Counted from the first letter of the stretch, positions 26,916 to 37,147 are shown. The stretch: DNA of 64,000 nucleotides from an uncultured Candidatus Saccharibacteria bacterium (GCA_964399075.1 CAYNPK010000003.1:6306-70305); one strand, 5' to 3'. Made by a program: numbers and translations. Notes: generated by a model from the letters alone, not told the origin.

Positions 26916-29876
26916 ATGAATACAAAAATTTTTAACAAAATAAGCGCCGTCACACTAATTTTGATAATCTTAACATCTACTGGAATTACTAATGTTTCAG
27001 GTAATACGATTGAAGATCTAGAAGAAAGACGGAAAGAAGATCAACAGCAGTGCGAAGCAGAATATAGTGAAAGCGCCTTAGGAGGCTCCAAACCGCCACC
27101 AATTAAACCACCGCCACCAATTAAACCACCCTCAGAAGGAATAGTTGTGGCACTAGGAGATCCGTCAATGATGATGACACAGGATAATAATGCGTGGAGG
27201 CAGGCCTTCTCATTTTTAAATATTAAAGTCCACGCCCAAAGCGACATTTTGTCACGTGACTTATCTAGTTTCTCAAATATTGGCAGTCTAACTAGAGAAT
27301 TGCAGCAAGCTGGTGGATTTCGCCAGTTAACTAACGTCCTGGAACAAGTCCGAGGGATGAACGGGACTATTCCTCAACTTAGTAGTGGCTATGCTACCGT
27401 TGGAGACTTGGCTCGTATCCCAAATCTTAATCAAACAGGTGATGTTTTAGCTCAACTACGTCACTCGGGGGCCAATTTCAATCAATTGATTGGTGGTTAC
27501 GATAACGCTGGTGGTTTATTTAGGTCTCTTAATGAATTCGGAACTAAAGATTTGGGAAATTTAACTCAAGTATTCGGTCAAATTAATAATTTAGGTGGAA
27601 ACTTTAGTCAAATAATGAGTGGCTACCAAAACTTTGATCAAGTTTTGGGGGGATTATCAAAGATTGGAAATTTAAATGGACTAGCTAACTCTTTTGGCCA
27701 ATTAACTAACTTGGATGGCAATTTTGGCAATATGCTTCAAGGGTTCGGCAACATGAGCAACTTAATGAACGGCTTCGGAAATATCGGCAACTTAAATGGC
27801 CTAACTCAATCTCTAGGACAACTTGGAAACTTAGGGGGTAGCTTCAATGACATCTTTAAAGGAGTAGACGGTTTCAGCAATGCACTTAATTCCTTTTCTA
27901 GTATTGGTAACTTTAACGATATCGCCGGAGCGCTGGGCAACATTAGTAAAATTGGTGGTAATCTAAACCAAATACTACCAGGCTTTGACAACATTGGTTC
28001 AGTTTTCGGAAAGCTCGATGGATTAGGCTCTCTTGATCTGTCAAAATTGTCAGACTCACTGTCTAAATTAGGCAAGCTTGGTGAAAATTTTGGAGGCATT
28101 ATGGAGGCTATCCCAGGAGTAGAAAATTTTAGCGACATGTTAGACACCATGGGTTTAGATGGAGTTACAGAAACTCTCTTGGCTTCTTTCCCAGGCCTAG
28201 AATCATTATTACCTGGCGGATTACCAGGAGTTAGCGGAATAATGGCTGTTCCGGTTCGCGAAGTGGGTGATTTGTTAAATACCACCAAAAGTCTCCTAGA
28301 AGTAACAGAAGACTCTAACGAAGTTGCTCACGAAACTAGAGATCTAACCGACGAAATTAAAAGTCTGCAAATCCAAGCCTGCACCCACCTCAAAGTAATC
28401 CGCCGAGTCCAATTGGCCATGGAGGAAAAGTTTTTTGTTCACGATCCAAATGCGCGCAAGGCCGCTATTACCTTGACCTTCGAAGCGGCGGAAGAATTTC
28501 GTAAATTCATTCAAGAAGGTCGATCTGAATCACCAGTCAACACCGGTGTCAGTGGCCCCGAAGGCGAAGGGGGAGATCCTAACAAATCGCCCCTCAACTC
28601 ACCAGGAATAGAACAGGATGTGGTTATGGCCCAAAACGAGGCGGGTGCCCTCTTCAATGTCGCTCTTATTGAAGATACCTTTCCGGTATTAAAAGAAACC
28701 TTAACTGACGAGGATAAAGCGGTCTTGTACGGCGGAGGCGAGGGAGCAAGCCGAGACGCCAGTGATAATGCCAAGTTTTTCAGCGCCTTTCTCAAAACTC
28801 AAGAACCTGGCAATGGTCTAGATATTTCCCTGTTCACAGCGCTAGGCGTCCGTAGAGACATGGTCCAAACGGCGGCTGAAAATGAGAAGGTGAAATATGC
28901 TACCAATCAAGGCTATAAGGATGTAAGAGTTTGCGAACGTGGTTGGGCGGAAGATCCAGTAAGTACTAAAGAGGTTTGTCGAGGCTGGAAAACTGTCATT
29001 AACGGTAGTGATATCGCCGCCCTTAAACAAGCCTTTAACAAGAAAACCATAATTGACCTAACAGCTGATGCTGATAGCTTCCAAGAAGATAGCGCGAAAG
29101 ATATTATGGCCAAATCTCTTAAGCTCTTCCTAGACCCAACCGGAGAAAATGAGACCCCAGAAGAGAAGTGTACGGGCGCTGAACCCTGCCCAGAACCAGG
29201 CTGGGGTGGTGGTCAAAGCGCCAAACAAGCTCTAGAACAACAATATCAAGAAACGCAACAGAAAATGGAGAATGATAATCGAAGTGGTGGAGGTGGCGGT
29301 CCTGGCGAGGGACCCGGTCCCGGCGGATCTGATGTGCCAAATGACTGGAGAGATAGACCAGATAGGGCTGGAGGCCCACAATTAACACCTGGCGAAGACG
29401 GTCATCCAATAACTCCGCCAGCCTCAACAACGGGTTCCAATGGTTGGCCAAATTGGTCAGAGGATTGGAATAGGCAAGGATTCCGATTGCCAAGCAATGG
29501 CACCAGCTTCCCGGCCTGGGGGAATCCACTAAACAACAATTGGTCAACTCCAGCTAATAGACCCGGTGGGACAAATAACACTATTACCTTCGACTGGCTG
29601 AATGTTGAAATTGAGCGCTTTGAAGAAGTGCTGGGAAATGAAGGGCAAACTAAATTGGAGTGGAGAGCAAACCGGGCTTCAGTCTGCCAAGCTCGCAATG
29701 ACTGGACTGGTAGCGAGATTGAGATTAAGAACTTCAAATTATTAAACACTATTGGCAATGTTAATTTAATTAACCCGGCAGGAACTTACACTCTCCGTTG
29801 TTATAACTGGCTACTTTCCAATTATGACGAAGAAACTATTACTATTAATCCCAACCCAGTGCCAACAACAGAATGA
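26916..29876 (+). CDS. Large secreted repetitive Gly/Asn/Leu-rich protein
   Basis: 986 aa, signal peptide, ~40-aa internal repeats, Pro/Gly linker, C-terminal beta domain. Confidence 0.8.
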   Translation: MNTKIFNKISAVTLILIILTSTGITNVSGNTIEDLEERRKEDQQQCEAEYSESALGGSKPPPIKPPPPIKPPSEGIVVALGDPSMMMTQDNNAWRQAFSFLNIKVHAQSDILSRDLSSFSNIGSLTRELQQAGGFRQLTNVLEQVRGMNGTIPQLSSGYATVGDLARIPNLNQTGDVLAQLRHSGANFNQLIGGYDNAGGLFRSLNEFGTKDLGNLTQVFGQINNLGGNFSQIMSGYQNFDQVLGGLSKIGNLNGLANSFGQLTNLDGNFGNMLQGFGNMSNLMNGFGNIGNLNGLTQSLGQLGNLGGSFNDIFKGVDGFSNALNSFSSIGNFNDIAGALGNISKIGGNLNQILPGFDNIGSVFGKLDGLGSLDLSKLSDSLSKLGKLGENFGGIMEAIPGVENFSDMLDTMGLDGVTETLLASFPGLESLLPGGLPGVSGIMAVPVREVGDLLNTTKSLLEVTEDSNEVAHETRDLTDEIKSLQIQACTHLKVIRRVQLAMEEKFFVHDPNARKAAITLTFEAAEEFRKFIQEGRSESPVNTGVSGPEGEGGDPNKSPLNSPGIEQDVVMAQNEAGALFNVALIEDTFPVLKETLTDEDKAVLYGGGEGASRDASDNAKFFSAFLKTQEPGNGLDISLFTALGVRRDMVQTAAENEKVKYATNQGYKDVRVCERGWAEDPVSTKEVCRGWKTVINGSDIAALKQAFNKKTIIDLTADADSFQEDSAKDIMAKSLKLFLDPTGENETPEEKCTGAEPCPEPGWGGGQSAKQALEQQYQETQQKMENDNRSGGGGGPGEGPGPGGSDVPNDWRDRPDRAGGPQLTPGEDGHPITPPASTTGSNGWPNWSEDWNRQGFRLPSNGTSFPAWGNPLNNNWSTPANRPGGTNNTITFDWLNVEIERFEEVLGNEGQTKLEWRANRASVCQARNDWTGSEIEIKNFKLLNTIGNVNLINPAGTYTLRCYNWLLSNYDEETITINPNPVPTTE

Positions 29877-32008
29877 ACTCTTTCTCTAGCAAAAAAATAA
29901 TTACGGGCCTGATGCTATTGTTGGTAATCACAACAAGCTTAATGATTCCGGCCCAAGTCTATGGAAATGAAGATGGAGGTGGACTACTACATAATGCATT
30001 GGGTGCCACAATGGCTCGATGGTGGTGGGGAGTAGAAAACCCAGCTGATTTTGGTGGTGGGCCAGGGGCCGGGGAACTGATAGCACAATCAATTTTTGGT
30101 AAAATCGCTGATATTGTTGTAGAGGTTGTTGCTTGGATACTGTCAATTTTTGTTTGGGTATTAACCGTCTTATTATGGATAGTTAACGAATTATTTAATA
30201 AGGTGGTTGATCTCTCTGTGCGGGAATTTAGTGACTTTGCCAAAAGGGGGGCAGTGAAGGACGCTTGGACAATAATGCGAGATGTGGTTAACTTCTCTCT
30301 AATTTTCGCTCTGGTGTACGCAGCTCTGGGAATTATTCTTGACCTCTCTAAGGTGGACGGCAAACGCCTAGTGATCAATATAATTATTGTGGCGATGCTG
30401 GTTAACTTCAGCGCCTTCTTCACCCACATCGTCATTGACGCCTCTAATGTAATCGCTAACCAATTCTATGTTGCCGCCGGTGGTGGTACAACCGCTGGCG
30501 GATCACCAAATCTTAGTGGTAAATTCCGAGACGCCTTCATGATGGACTTCACGCAAAGCACCCTTAGCAATGTTCCCGACATGCCACCAGGCACAGAAAA
30601 AGGAGCTCACAGCCTCTTCGGAGTCATTGCTTCCCAATTCTTCCAATCCATAATGGTTTTGGTAACTATGTTGGTCCTTCTGGCCGGAGCAGTGATGTTC
30701 TTGATCCGAGTCATTAAGTTATTATTGGTCATCGTCTTTTCACCCATTGCCTTCTTGGGCTTTGCTCTATCTGGCCGAATGGGAGAAATAGCCCAAACTT
30801 GGTACAAAACCTTGATTAACGAGGCCCTCTGGGCGCCAGCTTTCATGTTCATGATCTTTCTTAGTATTAAATTTATTACGGTGTTCCCAATGAAACCAAC
30901 CAGTCAGATGAAAAGTATTTTACAGGTGGGAATTGGGGAGTGGGTAACAAGTGCTGCTGCGTTAGTTCTAAGCTTCGCCTTTGCTAACGGCATGATGATC
31001 GGCTCAATAATCGTCGCCAAAAAATTTGGTGCGGCTGGGGCAGATGCAGGAACAAAGTTTGGTGGACGTATGATAGGAGGAACTCTGGGTGTTGGTAAAA
31101 GAATAGCTGGAAAAACGGGGGGGTGGGTAGGTAGAAGAATGGCCAATGCGCCTGGAGTAGGAAGAGTTAGTGGAGCACTTGGAAGATGGGGTGGATCACT
31201 TAGAGGATCGAGAATTGGAGCTGGGGTTGGTTCGGCGGCCAGTGTTGTAAGAGAAGAATTTGGCTTAGTCGGAAGTGGGCAAAGAATGAGAGAGGCTCTT
31301 ACAAGCCCACTTAGAACGGCCAACGAACTAATAGCCAAAGCAACAAAACCTTACGGAGTAGAAGTTGCCCCTCTTGGTCGAACCAAAGACCAAGAAAGAG
31401 AGCTGGCAAAAGCCCTTGAGGAAGATCGCAAAGCACAAGAAAGGGCTGATCTCCGCAAGAATGAGTCTGAACTGAAGGCCGTTCTTGGAGATAATGCCAA
31501 AGTTAAAGCAATCTTAGATAAAGTTAGCGATAAACAAATCGCTGATATGGATGTGGAAATCCTAATGAAAATTGCGCCACAGTTAAAGGGCGGGCAAATG
31601 AAAGCCGTTAGTGACCGAAAAGATTTAACCCCCAAACAAAAGAATGATATTAAAGAGGCCAACATCAAACCATTAATGGACGCCATTGCTGGACATAGTG
31701 CTGCTGTCATCGGAAATAATGCCACTGCCATCGGAAATAATGCCACCATCATCGCCACTGAAATCTCTGGAAGGAAACCGGAAGATGTTGCTAAACTCTC
31801 CAAAGACATCCTGACAAATATTGAAGTAATAAGAAATCTTACTCCCCGCATCTTACTTAAGGCAATTGATGAGTTGAGCACAGCTGATCAAAGGACTATT
31901 AGAACTGCGATAGAAACTGCCGTAGCGAATCTTGGAGCTTCACCTCAACAACAAGCAGCTAAAGATTGGTTAGATAATGATTTCGTCGGCAAAACATTTG
32001 GGCACTAA
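29873..32008 (+). CDS. VirB6/TrbL-like polytopic membrane protein
   Basis: WTIMRDVVN, AMLVNFSAFF..IVIDASN, FLIR..L...SPIAF; multiple TMs; upstream of PrgI/VirB4. Confidence 0.72.
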   Translation: MNSFSSKKIITGLMLLLVITTSLMIPAQVYGNEDGGGLLHNALGATMARWWWGVENPADFGGGPGAGELIAQSIFGKIADIVVEVVAWILSIFVWVLTVLLWIVNELFNKVVDLSVREFSDFAKRGAVKDAWTIMRDVVNFSLIFALVYAALGIILDLSKVDGKRLVINIIIVAMLVNFSAFFTHIVIDASNVIANQFYVAAGGGTTAGGSPNLSGKFRDAFMMDFTQSTLSNVPDMPPGTEKGAHSLFGVIASQFFQSIMVLVTMLVLLAGAVMFLIRVIKLLLVIVFSPIAFLGFALSGRMGEIAQTWYKTLINEALWAPAFMFMIFLSIKFITVFPMKPTSQMKSILQVGIGEWVTSAAALVLSFAFANGMMIGSIIVAKKFGAAGADAGTKFGGRMIGGTLGVGKRIAGKTGGWVGRRMANAPGVGRVSGALGRWGGSLRGSRIGAGVGSAASVVREEFGLVGSGQRMREALTSPLRTANELIAKATKPYGVEVAPLGRTKDQERELAKALEEDRKAQERADLRKNESELKAVLGDNAKVKAILDKVSDKQIADMDVEILMKIAPQLKGGQMKAVSDRKDLTPKQKNDIKEANIKPLMDAIAGHSAAVIGNNATAIGNNATIIATEISGRKPEDVAKLSKDILTNIEVIRNLTPRILLKAIDELSTADQRTIRTAIETAVANLGASPQQQAAKDWLDNDFVGKTFGH

Positions 32009-32017
32009 TTAAATATT

Positions 32018-32476
32018 ATGGAATACACTAAAGAACAATTAGCAGAAACTTACAGAAAATTACCCCTCAAACTTAAGGAGGCAATTGGAAATATTGATTC
32101 ATTGGAGATATTAAAACGCATAGCTGAACAGTTTAATTTGCACATTGATCAATTAGGCAAACTATCTGACGAGGTTGGCTTGGTAGTGTTTGGTTTGAGT
32201 AATTTTTCTGTCTTTACTGACAAAATTCAAATTAGTCTAAGTCTGGACCAAGACACGGCTCAAAAAATCGCCAAAGAAATTAATGAACAAATCTTCTTAC
32301 CTATTAGAGAGGCTCTTAAAGAAACGACAGGAGAACAAACCCCAAACGAACAAACAGAAAAAACTGGTGACATTTTCGATCAACAAATGAGTCAAATGTT
32401 TAGTTTGCCCAAAGAGGAACCAGCGGAAGAGGCGATAGAAGAAGCTCCAGACCCTTACCACGAGCCGATAGAGTAG
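32018..32476 (+). CDS. Hypothetical protein of the T4SS-like cluster
   Basis: LP..LKEAI, LHIDQLG, INEQIFLPIREAL, C-terminal DPYHEPIE. Confidence 0.8.
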   Translation: MEYTKEQLAETYRKLPLKLKEAIGNIDSLEILKRIAEQFNLHIDQLGKLSDEVGLVVFGLSNFSVFTDKIQISLSLDQDTAQKIAKEINEQIFLPIREALKETTGEQTPNEQTEKTGDIFDQQMSQMFSLPKEEPAEEAIEEAPDPYHEPIE

Positions 32477-32481
32477 GGGGC

Positions 32482-32530
32482 ATTAGGGATTAGGGATTAG
32501 GGATTAGGGATTAGGGATTAGTTGTTAGGA
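32482..32530 (+). repeat. Heptamer tandem repeat (ATTAGGG)x5 plus 2 degenerate units
   Basis: Five perfect units 32482-32516, then ATTAGTT and GTTAGGA. Confidence 0.97.
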
Positions 32531-32549
32531 GGGGGTTGGAGATTGAAAA

Positions 32550-32912
32550 ATGATTACTTCTTATAAAGACCTGATAGTTTGGCAAAAATCGATGGATTTA
32601 GTGACTTTGATATACAAAATTACTGACAAATTTCCCAAGACGGAAATCTACGGCTTAACCTCGCAAATGAGAAGATGCGCCGTATCCATACCATCCAACA
32701 TCGCTGAAGGTAGCGCCCGTAAGACCAGGAGAGATTACGGCCAATTTCTCCATATCGCTTATGGATCTGGCGCCGAACTAGAAACACAGGCGGAAATTGC
32801 CAAACGGCTGGGTTTTAATAACTCTCTGGATTATAATAAGATCAACCAATTATTGATTGAGGTGATGAAAATGCTTAATACTTTAATTGGTAAACTAGAA
32901 CCTAAACTCTAA
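32550..32912 (+). CDS. Four-helix-bundle protein (23S rRNA IVP / Avd-like family)
   Basis: SYKDLIVWQKSM, FPKTEIYGLTSQMRRCAVSIPSNIAEG, IAYGSGAELETQ. Confidence 0.93.
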   Translation: MITSYKDLIVWQKSMDLVTLIYKITDKFPKTEIYGLTSQMRRCAVSIPSNIAEGSARKTRRDYGQFLHIAYGSGAELETQAEIAKRLGFNNSLDYNKINQLLIEVMKMLNTLIGKLEPKL

Positions 32913-32928
32913 ACACTAGAACCTACCC
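32891..32928 (-). repeat. Degenerate heptamer array inverted relative to the upstream array
   Basis: CTA at 32895, 32902, 32909, 32916, 32923 (TAGnnnn x5 on minus strand). Confidence 0.75.
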
Positions 32929-33339
32929 ATGCAATTCCAAGTACCACAATTTATTGAGATTGAAGACAAAATTTTCGGCCCTCTGACCTTCAAACAATTT
33001 GTTTATCTAGCCGGAGGAGCCGGTATCGCCTTTATGGAATGGGTTTACATCCCCTTCAAAATTATCGGCATTTTGTTTGTCATCCCCACTATTGCGTTTG
33101 CTCTGGCTCTAGCGTTCTACAAAGTAAACAACAGGCCATTTATTCTAGCCCTAGAAGCCGGTTTGCGCTACGCTCTGACGCACAAACTCTACATTTGGCA
33201 AAGACAGCCGGAATTAAAAAAGGTGGAAAACTCAACCGATCAAACCCAAGCGCGCCCGATGATGAAAATTCCTAAATTGTCAGAGAGTAAATTGAAAGAT
33301 TTGTCTTGGAGTTTGGATGTGAAAGAGACAATTAAGTAA
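32929..33339 (+). CDS. PrgI family protein (VirB3-like)
   Basis: MQFQVPQFIEIEDKIFGPLTFKQF, two TMs, NNRPF. Confidence 0.88.
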   Translation: MQFQVPQFIEIEDKIFGPLTFKQFVYLAGGAGIAFMEWVYIPFKIIGILFVIPTIAFALALAFYKVNNRPFILALEAGLRYALTHKLYIWQRQPELKKVENSTDQTQARPMMKIPKLSESKLKDLSWSLDVKETIK

Positions 33340-33360
33340 GATAGATGATACAATATCATT

Positions 33361-34020
33361 ATGATGCAAACGGCGATTAAAAATTCGGCCAGGGCGACTC
33401 AAGACTTTGTTCCCATTCGCGAGATCCGTGATGGCATTGTCATCCTCAAGGACAATGGTCTGCGCTTAGTTCTGCTGGTTTCTTCTCTTAACTTCGCTCT
33501 CAAGTCAGACGATGAGCAAACGGCTTTGTTATTGCAGTTTCAAAACTTCTTAAACTCGCTTGATTTCCATATTCAGATTTTTATTCAATCGCGACGGCTA
33601 GATATTAAGCCATATTTACGGGTTCTGGAGGAAAGATTAACCGCTCAAACTAACGACTTATTGAAAGTGCAAACCAGAGAATATATCGAGTTTATCAAAA
33701 AATTTACGGAAACGACTGACATTATGTCTAAAAGCTTCTTCGTTGTGATCCCTTACGACCCGGCGGTCTTAACCAGCGTTAAGAAGTCCGGACCCTGGGC
33801 TCGTTTATTCCCAGGCAAAAAGCAAGATCAAGCGATCAGAAATCAAGCGGAGCATGACGAGTTTTCTCAATACCGAATGCAATTGGAGCAGAGGGCGGGA
33901 GTAATCGCCCAAGGGCTAGGTCGTTTGGGTCTAAGGGTGGCGGAGTTGGGGACGGAAGAGTTGGTCGAGCTCTATTTCAAAATGTTTAATCCGGGCGAAA
34001 CAGATATTCCAACAATTTAA
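33361..34020 (+). CDS. VirB4-associated protein (TraC N-terminal-like)
   Basis: TQDFVPIREIRDG, SSLNFALKSDDEQ, FLNSLDF; precedes VirB4. Confidence 0.75.
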   Translation: MMQTAIKNSARATQDFVPIREIRDGIVILKDNGLRLVLLVSSLNFALKSDDEQTALLLQFQNFLNSLDFHIQIFIQSRRLDIKPYLRVLEERLTAQTNDLLKVQTREYIEFIKKFTETTDIMSKSFFVVIPYDPAVLTSVKKSGPWARLFPGKKQDQAIRNQAEHDEFSQYRMQLEQRAGVIAQGLGRLGLRVAELGTEELVELYFKMFNPGETDIPTI

Positions 34021-34043
34021 ATCAAATTAAATTAATAATTACT

Positions 34044-35858
34044 ATGGCCTTTTGGAACAAAACTAAAACTAACCCAATCACGCCGGTTCTCCCTCAAGAC
34101 ATTTACCAGATGGGAACCCTAGAGTTGCGAGATATCATTGCTCCCTCGGCGCTTAAAATCAGCCCTAGAATTCTAAATCTTGGCGACAAATTGGCCCGCA
34201 CTTTCTATGCCATTTCTTACCCGCGATTTCTAACTAGTGATTGGTTTTCACCAATTATTAACCTAGATAAAGTATTTGACGTCTCTATTTTTGTTAATCC
34301 AATTGATAGCTCTATTGCCCTACGCCAATTGGAGAAAAAGGTGGCCGAAGTCCAAAGCCAAATTACTTTACGAGAAGAAAAGGGGATGGTTCGAGATCCG
34401 ATACTAGATACTGCCTACGAAGATATAGAAAATTTGCGCGACTCCCTACAACAAGCTAGGGAAAAAATCTTCGACGTTGGTTTGTATATCACCCTGTATG
34501 GCGAAACGGAAGATGAGTTAGACAAAACCGAGTCAGAAGTTAAGGGTATTCTGGATGCCAAATTAGTTTATCTCAAGCCAGCCTTATTCCAACAAGCCGA
34601 AGGCTTCAAGAGTGTCCTGCCTCTAGCCGGAGATGAGTTGGGAATTACTTACAAACTCAATTCCTCGCCACTGTCATCGCTCTTTCCCTTCGTCTCTTTC
34701 GATCTAACCTCCAACAAGGGGATCCTCTACGGCATCAATCGCCACAACTCCTCTCTGGTGTTATTTGATCGCTTTTCTCTGGAAAACTATAATTCGGTGA
34801 TTTTTGCCAAATCCGGCGCCGGTAAATCTTATACAACAAAATTAGAAATTCTAAGAAGCCTGATGTTCGACACCGATGTTATTGTCATTGACCCAGAACG
34901 AGAATATGAATTTTTGGCCGAAGCTGTTGGTGGGCGTTACTTTAATATTTCTCTAACTTCTGAACATCATATCAATCCTTTCGATCTGCCTTTCCCACGA
35001 GAAGACGAGTCACCGGCTGATGTCTTGCGTTCTAACATTATTAACTTGGTTGGCCTTTTCCGCTTAATGTTGGGGGGTTTAACACCAGAAGAAGACGCAA
35101 TCATAGACAATGCCATCACAGAAACTTACGCCCTTAAAGATATTACTCCAGACACCGACTTTACCAACAAACCGCCACCTTTATTATCTGACTTGGAACT
35201 AGTCTTAGCTGGAATGGAAGGTGGAGAATCCCTAGCCCAACGACTACTGAAATATACCCGAGGCACTTGGGCCGGCTTTATGAACAAGCCAACCAATGTT
35301 GATATCAATAAAAAACTAATTATCTTCTCCATCAGAGATATGGAAGACGAGCTTAAGCCCATTGCTATGTATATCGTTATGCATAATATCTGGACCTCAA
35401 TCAGACGAAATCTAAAAAAACGATTATTGGTAGTCGATGAGGCTTGGTGGATGATGAAGTCTAAAGATACGGCCTCTTTCTTATTTTCTTTAGTCAAAAG
35501 GGGAAGAAAATACTACCTGGGAGTGGCAACTATTACCCAAGACGTGGGCGACTTCTTAAAATCCGAGTATGGCCTGCCAATTATTACCAACTCCTCAATC
35601 CAATTACTACTTAAACAGTCACCGGCTTCTATTGATTTGGTCCAACAAACTTTCCAATTAACCGACGAAGAAAAGTTTCTACTCCTAGAATCAAGTGTGG
35701 GTGAGGGAATCTTTTTCGCCGGCTTAAAGCACGTAGCTATTAAAATTATCGCTTCTTATACGGAAGATCAAGTGATCACCTCTGACCCATCTCAAATTTT
35801 AGCCATTAAACAAGCCAAACAAGACTTAGAAGCTTTAGGTGAAAATAATGGCCAATAA
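34044..35858 (+). CDS. virB4: VirB4/TraC-like ATPase
   Basis: AKSGAGKS, VIDPEREY, INPFDL, VVDEAW, KRGRKY, TITQDVGDF. Confidence 0.88.
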   Translation: MAFWNKTKTNPITPVLPQDIYQMGTLELRDIIAPSALKISPRILNLGDKLARTFYAISYPRFLTSDWFSPIINLDKVFDVSIFVNPIDSSIALRQLEKKVAEVQSQITLREEKGMVRDPILDTAYEDIENLRDSLQQAREKIFDVGLYITLYGETEDELDKTESEVKGILDAKLVYLKPALFQQAEGFKSVLPLAGDELGITYKLNSSPLSSLFPFVSFDLTSNKGILYGINRHNSSLVLFDRFSLENYNSVIFAKSGAGKSYTTKLEILRSLMFDTDVIVIDPEREYEFLAEAVGGRYFNISLTSEHHINPFDLPFPREDESPADVLRSNIINLVGLFRLMLGGLTPEEDAIIDNAITETYALKDITPDTDFTNKPPPLLSDLELVLAGMEGGESLAQRLLKYTRGTWAGFMNKPTNVDINKKLIIFSIRDMEDELKPIAMYIVMHNIWTSIRRNLKKRLLVVDEAWWMMKSKDTASFLFSLVKRGRKYYLGVATITQDVGDFLKSEYGLPIITNSSIQLLLKQSPASIDLVQQTFQLTDEEKFLLLESSVGEGIFFAGLKHVAIKIIASYTEDQVITSDPSQILAIKQAKQDLEALGENNGQ

Positions 35859-36414
35859 TAATTTTGGCGAAAACTACGGATCACTTTCCGAAGGAGATAC
35901 AGAAAAGTCACACATAGACCTCGAGAGGAGGAACCGCAACATGGGGGCAGATGTGATAAGAAATGACCGTGGAGCAATGCCGGACAATCAAAAAAGATTG
36001 AGAAGGCAAGCGACCCCAACGAAAGATGAAAACCAGCAACAAAAAAAGGGTGGGCGTTCAACATCGAACACGGACGGCAAGAAAGATAAACAAAAAGAGC
36101 GAATCACCACCACCACTGCGATGTTAATGGTCGGCTTAGCTATCTTTTTTGACATATTAAGCATTATCCCTGTCGTTAATTGGTTTACCGCCATCGCAGC
36201 TTGGCTTTGTTTTTTTATTTGGTTTGCGGTTTTAGAAGTTCGATTTATGACCATTAAGCGTGCACTTCCAGCAATAATTAGCTTTATTGTTGAATTAGTA
36301 CCCATTTTAAGTATCATACCGGGGTTAACTCTTGGTATTATTGTGATCATTATTATGATAAAATTAGAAGACAAAACAGGAATCAAAATACCACTATCAA
36401 CTATCGAAAAATAA
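35848..36414 (+). CDS. Membrane hypothetical protein
   Basis: Hydrophilic N-terminus, hydrophobic C-terminus with ELVPILSIIPGLT. Confidence 0.75.
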   Translation: MANNNFGENYGSLSEGDTEKSHIDLERRNRNMGADVIRNDRGAMPDNQKRLRRQATPTKDENQQQKKGGRSTSNTDGKKDKQKERITTTTAMLMVGLAIFFDILSIIPVVNWFTAIAAWLCFFIWFAVLEVRFMTIKRALPAIISFIVELVPILSIIPGLTLGIIVIIIMIKLEDKTGIKIPLSTIEK

Positions 36415-37143
36415 ATGGGCAAAATTATTATTACAATCAGTTTAATTTTTCTCGCCACTACCCAAGCAACAGCGACCACAGAAAACTTTGTGGATTTAGC
36501 GTGGGAAACTAGTGCTTATGTACCCTTGTTTTATCAAGGACATAGTCAAGTTGTCCCCGGTCAGCAAGTTAAAGTAATCGCCCTACCACAAATCCAAACG
36601 AACAATAAAAAATTGCCTGATCAAGAGTTGATATTTGAATGGTTTAAAGACGGTCGAAAATTAAGCTCTTTTTCCGGCCAAGGCAAGAATAAAATCACCT
36701 ATATTTCTGATACTGGGGGTAATAATATAATTGATATAATAATAAAGACTTTGGATGGACGGGAGAAAGCCAATCGGCGTTTAAGTGTGCCCATTAATTC
36801 TCCCAAAATTGTCCTCTACGAAGAAGATCCCCTGACAGGAACACGAACCGGCCAAGCAATCAGCGATATTTACCACTTAAACAAACCAGAAGTGACAATT
36901 CTGGCTGAACCTTACCTTTTCCCCACAGCAACTGTTTTAAATAACACTCTGAACTTTGAGTGGCTAGTAAACAATCAAAAAATTGTGACTAATCCAGACG
37001 ACCAAAGACTAGTTACTTTCGTTGCTCCGGAGGGGGGAATATCTGATCATCAAATTCAAGTTACCGCTAGTAATTTAGCTAACTTTATTCAAACAGCTAA
37101 AAAAGCCTTAACGATTAGTTTACAACCAGAATTTATTTTTTAA
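36415..37143 (+). CDS. Secreted Ig-like hypothetical protein
   Basis: Signal peptide; DLAWETSAYVPLFYQG, AEPYLF. Confidence 0.78.
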   Translation: MGKIIITISLIFLATTQATATTENFVDLAWETSAYVPLFYQGHSQVVPGQQVKVIALPQIQTNNKKLPDQELIFEWFKDGRKLSSFSGQGKNKITYISDTGGNNIIDIIIKTLDGREKANRRLSVPINSPKIVLYEEDPLTGTRTGQAISDIYHLNKPEVTILAEPYLFPTATVLNNTLNFEWLVNNQKIVTNPDDQRLVTFVAPEGGISDHQIQVTASNLANFIQTAKKALTISLQPEFIF

Positions 37144-37147
37144 AATC

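Noticed and set aside
32482-32516. Eukaryotic telomere or contamination
   Set aside because: Only 35 nt, internal, flanked by contiguous bacterial operon genes and mirrored by a degenerate array downstream
32550-32912. Diversity-generating retroelement (Avd)
   Set aside because: No reverse transcriptase and no TR/VR pair seen in the window
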